A DNA stretch of 64,000 bases from Deltaproteobacteria bacterium. GTDB taxonomy: Bacteria; Myxococcota_A; Polyangia; Polyangiales; JADJMO01. Of this stretch, positions 26,879 to 34,200 are shown piece by piece. Each line of letters opens with the position of its first letter. The stretch's first letter is position 1. Under the pieces are notes generated by a model. The model saw only the letters and a program-made list of their open reading frames with translations. It searched no databases and had not been told where the DNA came from. The stretch is from assembly GCA_016182965.1 (NCBI GenBank), contig JACPFM010000026.1:30190-94189 (forward strand), in the 5' to 3' direction. The position numbers and the translations under genes are program-made.

Positions 26879-27960
26879 TTGACCCACCGGACCTTTCCGT
26901 CGTTCGCGAGCTGGTGGCAGATGCCTCCACGGTCACGGGTATAGATGCGCGTGGTGAGCGGGTTGCTCGTGAGCTGCAGCGCGCGGGCCGTCTTCACCAC
27001 CGCGAGGACACGCTGATAGCCGTCGGCATGGGCACCACGCACGTCGTCCTTGATGCCGGAGTGGACCTCGTCCTGCAGCTTCTCGAACTCGCCCTGAGGC
27101 AGCGTGTCGCGCGAGAAGGTTCTCAACCCCTCGGCGCTGTAGAACTCGACGCGCGCGTCATGGAAGTGCTCGCGGAGGTCGTCGCGGGCTGCGAGCCCCG
27201 CGTCGAGGTCCTTCACGTCTTGTTTGAGATGCTGCGCGTACGCGAGTCGAAGCTCGCCGACGAAGACCGCTTCGTTGGCGGCTGGAACGCTGGGAGGCGC
27301 GAGGGGGTCAGGGCGCAGCGGAAGCCCGCCTCCGAACCGCGCCGCGTACCAGCGCGTCTTGGCGTGCCCTTCGATGATGCGGAGGAGCGGCTTGGTCTGG
27401 AAGATGGAGAAGTCGAGGCTCGCGATGTGTGCCTTCATCGCGGCGTCGCACTCGACGACCTCGGTCTTCGTGATCTCGGTCCGGCACGCCTTGTCCCAGT
27501 TGGCGAGGAGCCCGTCGCGTAGCGCGTGAGGCTTCTTCAAGAGGTTCGAGAGCGTCGGTCCAACGCCTTGCGGCGCGACGAAGAAGTAGGCTCGCGGGTA
27601 CGAGTACTCGCTCTTCAGCGTGTAGTAGGCGAGCTTGCCCAGCTCGATCCACACGTCGCCGGGTGCAAGCGCCTTCTGGTAGTGCTTGCACTGGTAGTTG
27701 TCCCAAGCGCCCTTGCCGCCCTTCACCGTCGCGATGACGTCGCGGCCCATGTCGCCCGCACCACCGCACCGCTCGACCAGCTCGTACTCGTCGCGCAGCG
27801 AGTCCACCCACTCCTGAACGAAGCGCTCCCACTGGTCGGCGCTGAAGAGCCTGACCCGGTCCTCGGGATGCACCGGAAGCCCCGACGCCACGACGTCCGC
27901 AGCCAGGCCAGGCGGCGGCGCCGGAGGCTGAGGAATCGCAACGGGCGGCGGGACCTTCAT
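26875..27960 (-). CDS. lmuA: Lamassu LmuA effector: Mrr-like PD-(D/E)xK nuclease N-domain plus ABC-3C C-terminal domain
   Basis: FVQEWVDSL...GGAGDMGRDVIA...WDNYQCKHY resembles the Mrr catalytic core (D...D...QxK). The long helical C-terminal domain ends in GGICHQLANDGKVRWVK. Start is ATG 27960. Confidence 0.65.
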   Translation of the reverse strand: MKVPPPVAIPQPPAPPPGLAADVVASGLPVHPEDRVRLFSADQWERFVQEWVDSLRDEYELVERCGGAGDMGRDVIATVKGGKGAWDNYQCKHYQKALAPGDVWIELGKLAYYTLKSEYSYPRAYFFVAPQGVGPTLSNLLKKPHALRDGLLANWDKACRTEITKTEVVECDAAMKAHIASLDFSIFQTKPLLRIIEGHAKTRWYAARFGGGLPLRPDPLAPPSVPAANEAVFVGELRLAYAQHLKQDVKDLDAGLAARDDLREHFHDARVEFYSAEGLRTFSRDTLPQGEFEKLQDEVHSGIKDDVRGAHADGYQRVLAVVKTARALQLTSNPLTTRIYTRDRGGICHQLANDGKVRWVK

Positions 27961-28079
27961 CACGCCGTGACCTCCGAGTCGTCGATGTGCAGCACCTCGA
28001 TGAAGCGGGCGATGTGCTTGGTGGTCTCCTCGTCGTCGGGCGTGAGGAGGATCGGCTTGAACTTCTTGTCCTTGCTCAC
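27960..28079 (-). CDS. possible 39-aa leader ORF coupled to lmuA
   Basis: GTG 28079 gives SKDKKFKPILLTPDDEETTKHIARFIEVLHIDDSEVTA. Its TGA overlaps the lmuA ATG (ATGA). No clear RBS. Confidence 0.3.
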   Translation of the reverse strand: MSKDKKFKPILLTPDDEETTKHIARFIEVLHIDDSEVTA

Positions 28080-28497
28080 CGGCGACAGACGAGCCCCGGC
28101 TTCCGTCCGGTCCCACCGCCCGCGAGAGGGAAGAAGATGCGCTCTTGGATGGCCTTCGTGTCCTGGTACTCGTCGACGAAAGAACCGCACGCAAGAGCGG
28201 CTCGTGCAGCCGATGAAGACCACGCGAGGAGACTACTAGAATGTCGGCCGGATCCGAACGACGAACCACCGCGCCGACAGGTAACGACTGGTCCGTCACC
28301 AGTCGTCGCACCCGCGACATGGGCCCGGCCGCGCACCTCCGGGTAGCTTGCCCGACGGACTCAGCTCAGGTGACGTCGGATGGTCGTTCTTGATCGAGAC
28401 GACGAGGCCGACGCCGCGCGCTGGAACCTCTGCGATCGGCTCTGTTGCTGGTCGGCCCCTCGGGGCAGGCGATCGCCGCTTGCTCTACACTCCCCCC

Positions 28498-29826
28498 GTG
28501 CTCGACAACGAGACCGGCCAGGAACCCGCCCTCTCGCCCCCCGCGCCCGCCGACCTCCCCGGTCTCCTCATCCTCTGGTCCGGCACCCAGCCCACCTGCG
28601 TCGCCCGCCCCCTCCACCGCCGCCTCACGATAGGCCGCAGCAGCGACGCCGACGTCTGCCTCGGCGACGACACCCTCGTCTCGCGCATGCACGCCGACGT
28701 CTTCGCCGCCGCCGGCGGCTACGTCGTCACCGATCGCGACAGCCGGCACGGCACCTTCGTCAACGGCGCGCGCATCGAGCGACAGGTCTCCGTCGACCCC
28801 GGCGCCGTGCTGCGCGTCGGCCGCACCGTCATCCTCCTCGGACCGATCGCCGAAGACGAGCCGCGCCCCATCGAGGTCGTCGGCCACTACGTCGTCAGCG
28901 CCTACCAGCGCAGGCTGCGGTCCGACGTGGGTACCGCCGCGCGGCTGGGGGCCAACCTCCTCATCCTCGGCGACACCGGCACCGGCAAGGAGGATCTCGC
29001 GCGGCACTACCACGCGTCCGGCCCCCGCGCCTCCGGCCCCTTCGTCACCCACTCGGCGGCCACGCTGCAGGCGTCGATCGCCGAGGCCGAGCTGTTCGGG
29101 ACGCGCCGCGGCGGCTTCACCGGCGCCGTCGATCGCGAGGGGCTGCTCGCGAGCGCGAGCGGCGGCACGCTCTTCCTCGACGAGATCGGCGATCTCTCGC
29201 TCGAGGTGCAGAGCAAGCTGCTGCGCGCGTTCCAGGAGCGCGAGGTCGTGGCGATCGGCGGCGGAAAGACCAAGAAGGTCGACTTCCTCCTGTGCACCGC
29301 GACCTCGGTCGATGTCGACGCCGCGTTCGCGGCCGGGAGGTTTCGCGAGGATCTCCTCCACCGCATCGCCGGCGTCACCGTCCGGGTCGACTCGCTCGAT
29401 CGGCGCCGCGACGAGATCCCCTTCCTCCTCGCGACGACCCCCGAGCTCGCGAGCGCCGACGTCACCCTCTCCGCGCCGTTCGTCGAGGCGTGCATGCTCC
29501 GCCGCTGGCCGGGGAACGTCCGCGGCCTTCGCAACGCGCTCCGACAGGCGATCGTGAACGCCGCGCGCGAGGCCGAGCGGAGGGCAGCGCCGGTCGAGAA
29601 GCTCGAGCTGCAGCCCTCGCATCTCGAAATCCCGGTCGGAGCGAGCGCTCCGCCACCCGCTCCGAGAGCGGCGACGTCGGCGGCACGCGACGAGGAAGAG
29701 CGCGCGCTGCTGCTCGATGCGTTGCGCCGCGCCGACGACAACGGCGTCGAGGCGGCCGCGCGGCTCGGCATGCCGAAGTCGACGTTCTACCGGAAGCTCG
29801 AGAAGCACGGCATCAGGCTGCGCTGA
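28498..29826 (+). CDS. sigma-54-dependent transcriptional activator with N-terminal FHA domain
   Basis: FHA (RLTIGRSSDADVCLGDDTLVSRMHA...DSRHGTFVNG), AAA+ Walker A (LILGDTGTGKE), GAFTGA-type loop (RGGFTGA), Walker B (LFLDEIGD), Fis-type HTH (MPKSTFYRKLEKHGI). GC3 rises sharply after GTG 28498. The track start 28348 is TTG. Confidence 0.85.
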   Translation: MLDNETGQEPALSPPAPADLPGLLILWSGTQPTCVARPLHRRLTIGRSSDADVCLGDDTLVSRMHADVFAAAGGYVVTDRDSRHGTFVNGARIERQVSVDPGAVLRVGRTVILLGPIAEDEPRPIEVVGHYVVSAYQRRLRSDVGTAARLGANLLILGDTGTGKEDLARHYHASGPRASGPFVTHSAATLQASIAEAELFGTRRGGFTGAVDREGLLASASGGTLFLDEIGDLSLEVQSKLLRAFQEREVVAIGGGKTKKVDFLLCTATSVDVDAAFAAGRFREDLLHRIAGVTVRVDSLDRRRDEIPFLLATTPELASADVTLSAPFVEACMLRRWPGNVRGLRNALRQAIVNAAREAERRAAPVEKLELQPSHLEIPVGASAPPPAPRAATSAARDEEERALLLDALRRADDNGVEAAARLGMPKSTFYRKLEKHGIRLR

Positions 29827-29846
29827 TCGCGACGGCCCCCTGCCCG

Positions 29847-29894
29847 TTCCGGACCCTTCCCGGAATTCCCGGACGTTCCCGGAATTTCCCGGAA
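29847..29894 (+). promoter_or_regulatory. tandem array of TTCCCGGAA sites (candidate enhancer/UAS)
   Basis: TTCCCGGAA/C at 29857, 29866, 29876 and 29886 (9-10 bp phasing), plus TTCCGGA at 29847. The motif is a near-palindrome. It lies 65-110 bp upstream of the sigma-54 promoter. Confidence 0.6.
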
Positions 29895-29958
29895 TGCCCC
29901 GCGCCCCGACGGCCTCCGATCCACGAGGATTTCCGACGAATCCCGGCTCGGTGCCCGT

Positions 29959-29974
29959 TGGCACGTGCCGCGCA
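29959..29974 (+). promoter_or_regulatory. sigma-54 (-24/-12) promoter
   Basis: TGGCACG-tgcc-gcGCA, compared with the consensus TGGCACG-N4-TTGCW. The GG and GC are correctly spaced. It lies 85 nt upstream of ATG 30059. Confidence 0.65.
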
Positions 29975-30058
29975 ATGGCGCCGCGCACGACCGACGCGGC
30001 GCACGCGGCGCAGCGCGCGGAGGCGATCCATCACGCGCCGAAGAAGGAACTTCGTGTC

Positions 30059-30871
30059 ATGGCCACCAAGAAGATCAAGTCCGTTCCCGTCCAGTCCGAG
30101 CTCTCGCAGGAGGTGCTCGACGGCACCCCGATGCGCGCGCTCGTGTTCCTCCGCGGCTCGCGCGGCAAATCGATCCGCGCGATCCTCCAGCGCGCCGGCT
30201 ACACGCCCGAAGATCGCGCCGAGGGCTGGCGCCTCCTCAAGCGCTCGTGCGGCTTCTTCGAGGACGACGACGTGCTCATCCAGGACGAGGCCGCCGAGGC
30301 GGTCAAGCAGCTCGACGCGTGGGACGAGGGCGGGTTCCGCCGCGCGCGCGCCGCGCTCGCGCGCCTGCACCCCGAGCAGTGCGACTTCGTGTTCCGCGGC
30401 GGCCTCAAGCCGACGCAGGGCCTCGCCGCGGTGATGGGCGTGATGACCTTCCTCGATCGCCTCGACGAGCTCGAAAAATCGCCCGAGCGCAAGTCGACCC
30501 GCAAGGCCGATCAAGCGGCGCTCGCCACGCTCGCCAAGCGCGGCATCGACGACGAGGAGCGCAAGCGCCTGCGCACGCTGGTGAAGCTGATCGAGGCGAC
30601 CCCCGAGCTGCTCGATGACGGCGACGAGACCGACGACGAGAAGCAGGCCGCGCTCGTGCAGCTGCGCGCGTGGTTCGAGGACTGGAGCGCCACCGCGCGC
30701 ACGGTGGTCACCCGCCGCGATCACCTGATCCGGCTCGGCCTCGCCAAGCGCAAGAGCGGCGGCAAGAGCGAGGAGGTCGAGGAGGACGAGCCGGCGGGCG
30801 ACGACAGCCCGACGCCGCGCGTCGCCCCCACCAACGGCAGCGCCAGGCCCGAGGTGACGCCGGCGAGCTGA
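30059..30871 (+). CDS. hypothetical 270-aa helical protein with acidic C-terminus (sigma-54 target gene)
   Basis: ATG 30059 is preceded by AAGGA. GC3-rich ORF. No motif recognised. Confidence 0.7.
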   Translation: MATKKIKSVPVQSELSQEVLDGTPMRALVFLRGSRGKSIRAILQRAGYTPEDRAEGWRLLKRSCGFFEDDDVLIQDEAAEAVKQLDAWDEGGFRRARAALARLHPEQCDFVFRGGLKPTQGLAAVMGVMTFLDRLDELEKSPERKSTRKADQAALATLAKRGIDDEERKRLRTLVKLIEATPELLDDGDETDDEKQAALVQLRAWFEDWSATARTVVTRRDHLIRLGLAKRKSGGKSEEVEEDEPAGDDSPTPRVAPTNGSARPEVTPAS

Positions 30872-30937
30872 TCTGACGCGCCGAACGCGGGACGTACGCG
30901 CGCCCGTAGGTCCCGCCGCGCGCGCCACCGTCAGTCA

Positions 30938-31258
30938 GACCCTGCGACGCCGTCCCGAGACCCACCGCCGCGGCCCCGAGACCCTCCGACGCCATCCCGG
31001 AGCTTCCGACCCGGGTCGCGACACCGATCGACGCGGGTAACCACGCGATCGGACTGGCCAATCAGGGTTGCAGTCCGGACGGCCAGACCTCCCGGATCGC
31101 GACGAACGCACACCCGATCGCGACGAACGGCGCCAAGGCCGGTAAGCGAGCCTCTTTCGCGGCGTCGCGAGGCTCCGGGATCGCGTCGGGAGGCTTCCCG
31201 GATCCGCCGGCAAGCCTCCCGGATCGCGTCGGAAGGTCCCCGGCCGCGTCGGAAGCAG
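30938..31258 (+). repeat. repeat-rich intergenic region
   Basis: Imperfect ~21-nt direct repeats: GACCCTGCGACGCCGTCCCGAG at 30938 and GACCCTCCGACGCCATCCCGGAG at 30980. There are also about six units of the type CCTCCCGGATCGCG(A/T)CGGAAG between 31089 and 31258. Confidence 0.6.
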
Positions 31259-31284
31259 AAACACCGAGAAAAGGAGGGGTCTCC

Positions 31285-32100
31285 ATGGACCGCCCGCGCT
31301 ACCACGTGCTCCCCGGCACGTTCGTCGCCCAAGGCTACGCGCCCGACGGCGACTCGATCCGCTTCGCCCCCGATCGTCTCGCCGCGCTCGACGAGCTCCC
31401 CGGCACCCTGCGCCTGCGCGTGGCGAAGGACACCTCGGTGCAGCTCCGTCTCGAGGGCATCGACGCGCCCGAGCTCCACTACCTCGCGCACGCCCAACGC
31501 CTCGGCGACGCCGCGCGCGACGCGTTGCTCCACGCGCTCGCCATCGACGACGCGCACGTCGAGCACGACTTCGTCACCCGCGCGCGCTACGTGCGCGGGA
31601 CCATCCTGACCCGCAGCATCGATCCGAACGGCCGCGTGATCGCGTACGCGTTCCGGCACGTGGCGCCGCTCCACGTGCGATCGTCGGTGAACGCCGAGAT
31701 GCTCCGCGCGGGGATGGCCTATCCCCTCGCCTACGACACCCAGCCCGCCGAGGACCGCCGCGCGTTCGCCGCCATCGCACGCCTCGCGCGCATGAAGAAG
31801 CTCGGCGTGTGGGCGATCGATCGCACGCCGGCGTTCCCGCTCGCGACCGAGCGCTCGATCGGTCCGCACGGCGCGCTGATCTTCCCGAAGCTGTTCCGCC
31901 GCTGCCTCGCGTACGTGAGCGAGCGGCTCTCGGGCTTCCGCGGCGACTTCCGCGCGTGGCTCGAGGGCGAGGCGGGCGCGGACAACGACGTGGTGATCGT
32001 GCGCGGCAGGTTGATGCGGTTGAGCGCGCTGGTGGAGGAGGTCGGGCGCGAGGTCCGGACGCGGGTGGATGGGGCGCGGGTGGTGTTCGTGGCGCGGTGA
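31285..32100 (+). CDS. staphylococcal-nuclease (SNase/thermonuclease) fold protein without signal peptide
   Basis: PDGDSIRF and VQLRLEGIDAPE match the SNase Ca-binding/catalytic signature, and DPNGRVIAYAF...VNAEMLRAGMA matches the distal part. A strong RBS (AAAGGAGGGG) precedes the ATG. The ~100-aa C-terminal extension has no recognised family. Confidence 0.8.
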   Translation: MDRPRYHVLPGTFVAQGYAPDGDSIRFAPDRLAALDELPGTLRLRVAKDTSVQLRLEGIDAPELHYLAHAQRLGDAARDALLHALAIDDAHVEHDFVTRARYVRGTILTRSIDPNGRVIAYAFRHVAPLHVRSSVNAEMLRAGMAYPLAYDTQPAEDRRAFAAIARLARMKKLGVWAIDRTPAFPLATERSIGPHGALIFPKLFRRCLAYVSERLSGFRGDFRAWLEGEAGADNDVVIVRGRLMRLSALVEEVGREVRTRVDGARVVFVAR

Positions 32101-32217
32101 GGCGGTCCCGCGGCACGTCGCGCACGCAGCGCCGCACAGGCGCTCATCGAGAGCCGTGCACGCCAGCCTCGCCTACGTGAACGCCGACCTGCCTGCTGGT
32201 GTGTCACGCCGTGCGCG

Positions 32218-34200
32218 TCACGGCACGCTCGCCTTTGCCGACATCGAGGGCGCTGGCGTCGGCGGAGGATGACCAGCGAGCATCGCGAGCCCATCGCGCG
32301 CGTGAGCTTCGAAGCGCTGCTCGGGGATCTCCTGCCCGAAGCCCGCCTTCACGTCCGCGCGCACGACCGCTTCCAACTCGTCGGGGCGAAGGTCGAGAAC
32401 CCATCGATACAGCCGATCGGCCACATCGCGACGCGTTCCGCGGGAGAACATGTCGCCGTTCTGATTGAGCGCCAGCGCGTACTCCAGATACAGCGCAGCG
32501 GTGTCGGGATCGAGGGTCGCCATGCGTGGGAGCACGCGCTTCATCGCGCGCTCGAAGTACTGCAGCGTGAAGTCGGCGCGGCTGCGTACGTCGAGCGAGG
32601 TGCCGAAGGGCAAGAGCTCCATCAGAAGGCCGTGCGGGAGCGCGCCGTATGCCTTCCCTCCACCAATCGGCGAGAGGTAGGCCTCTACCGGCACCGATCG
32701 CGTTGCCATCACCTTGTGCCGCGCGGCGAACGCGTCACGCACCATGCGGGTGTACAGGGCCTGATCGGTGCCTGCACCGGGATACGGTGGCCATGGCTCG
32801 GCGGGGTAGCGGCGCTTCAGCTGCTCGACGTACCACGGGTGGATGTGACCTGGGCTGAGGACGACCACATCAGGTCGTCGTCCCTCGACGGCCTGCAGAT
32901 ACCAGAGCGCGTGAATGTTGGTATCGCCGTGCACGAGGAGCAACGCGCCAGGTGCTGCGGCCTCTAGCGTGTCCTCTGCATTACGCCGCGCGAGATCGTG
33001 CCGACGCAGGTCGTTCTCCCGAAAATTGACCAAGAGGAGCGCGACCGAGGTGGTGATCGCGAGAGGCGCAAGCCAGCGCCGCTTGCCCTCATCGTCGAGC
33101 CACGCGAGCGCGGAGTCGGTACCGACCGTGGCGAACAACGCGAGGACCCACGTCGATGGGAGGAAGAACACCTCGATGTCGAGGACGTGGTAGCCAATGC
33201 AGACCGCTACGTTCGCACCGAGCGTCCACGCGAGCACTCGTCCCCCGACCCGCCGCGGTCGCTCGTCGCTGCGAAGCCACGAGAACGCGCCCACGACGCC
33301 GAGGAGCGCCGCGAGCCCGAGCTCCTTCGGAAGCGCCAAGAGGTGACGCTCGAGACGGCCCACGCCCTGGTCGAACGTTCCCTCCGTCCAGTGCCGCACG
33401 TACGGTGCGCCGCGCACGACGGTGAAGAACCGATCGAGCGTCTCGGGGTCGCCGATGTCGATCGCGGGTTGCGTGCGACTTCGGAGTGGCAGAAGGACGT
33501 ACGGGAGGAGCGCCACCAGGGCCCCGGCGCCGAGGGGTATCGCCCGTCTGCGGTCCAAGCCGCCTACTGCCCACGCGATCCCGAGCATCGTCGGTGCGTA
33601 CACGACGTTGAGTGGACGGTGCCCCATCCAGAGACCAAGCGCGATACCTGTGACGAGCGTCGCCCTCCACGGCCCGGCAGCAGCGAGAGCAGCATGCGCG
33701 ACGAGCATGGCGAGCAGGACGTCGAAGCCATAGACCTCGATGGCGACGCCCTGCGACCAGAAGGTGGCGCCGAAGGCGAGGGCGACCGCGCCAACGCTCG
33801 CACCGACACGACTCGCGCCGATGCGTCTCGCGAGCAGCCAGAACGCGGTAACCGCAGCCGATGCATATACAGCCGCCACGACATTGGCTGCGAAGGCGCG
33901 ATCACCGCGCACGAGCTTCATCAGCAGCCCGGTGACGAGGGTGAACGTCGGGTACCCCGGCGGATGGGGGATGCCGAACACCGCAGCGGCCGCCGCGAGC
34001 TCAGGCGAGTCTCCGACGTGGAACGTCCGGCACGCTGTGAATGTGTAGACGACGGCGCAGAGGGCTCCGATCGCACCGGCGACCAGCACGTCTCGCCGCT
34101 CGAGCGAGCGGGGCTCGAAGAGCCGCCGTGACTCCGCCGGCGGCGTCTCCGCGGCAGACGTCGTCTCGTCGCGCGGGATCCGCTTCTGGGGCGTCGTCAC
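32218..34200 (-). CDS. DUF2723-type polytopic membrane glycosyltransferase-like protein with C-terminal soluble domain
   Basis: The GDSPELAAAAAVFGIPHPPGYP motif is typical of DUF2723/PMT-like proteins, and there are many TM segments. The GTG 34200 start overlaps the upstream stop (GTGA). The upstream part of track ORF 32218-34875 is an out-of-frame reading of the RCC1 gene. Confidence 0.75.
   Translation of the reverse strand: MTTPQKRIPRDETTSAAETPPAESRRLFEPRSLERRDVLVAGAIGALCAVVYTFTACRTFHVGDSPELAAAAAVFGIPHPPGYPTFTLVTGLLMKLVRGDRAFAANVVAAVYASAAVTAFWLLARRIGASRVGASVGAVALAFGATFWSQGVAIEVYGFDVLLAMLVAHAALAAAGPWRATLVTGIALGLWMGHRPLNVVYAPTMLGIAWAVGGLDRRRAIPLGAGALVALLPYVLLPLRSRTQPAIDIGDPETLDRFFTVVRGAPYVRHWTEGTFDQGVGRLERHLLALPKELGLAALLGVVGAFSWLRSDERPRRVGGRVLAWTLGANVAVCIGYHVLDIEVFFLPSTWVLALFATVGTDSALAWLDDEGKRRWLAPLAITTSVALLLVNFRENDLRRHDLARRNAEDTLEAAAPGALLLVHGDTNIHALWYLQAVEGRRPDVVVLSPGHIHPWYVEQLKRRYPAEPWPPYPGAGTDQALYTRMVRDAFAARHKVMATRSVPVEAYLSPIGGGKAYGALPHGLLMELLPFGTSLDVRSRADFTLQYFERAMKRVLPRMATLDPDTAALYLEYALALNQNGDMFSRGTRRDVADRLYRWVLDLRPDELEAVVRADVKAGFGQEIPEQRFEAHARDGLAMLAGHPPPTPAPSMSAKASVP

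Noticed and set aside
28283-28306. Hairpin ACGACTGG-N7-CCAGTCGT in the Lamassu/EBP divergent region
   Set aside because: It has no T-run and no second copy, so the evidence is insufficient to call it a terminator or operator.
28366-29988. 540-aa minus-strand ORF, and the 684-aa plus-strand ORF 28380-30434
   Set aside because: They are an antisense reading and an out-of-frame reading of the sigma-54 activator gene. Both are Arg/Pro-rich junk, whereas the 28498-29826 frame has FHA, AAA+ and HTH motifs.
31055-31072. Sigma-54-like TGGCCA-N7-TTGCA upstream of the nuclease gene
   Set aside because: The GG and GC elements are 12 nt apart instead of the strictly required 10, so it is unlikely to be a functional -24/-12 promoter as it stands.
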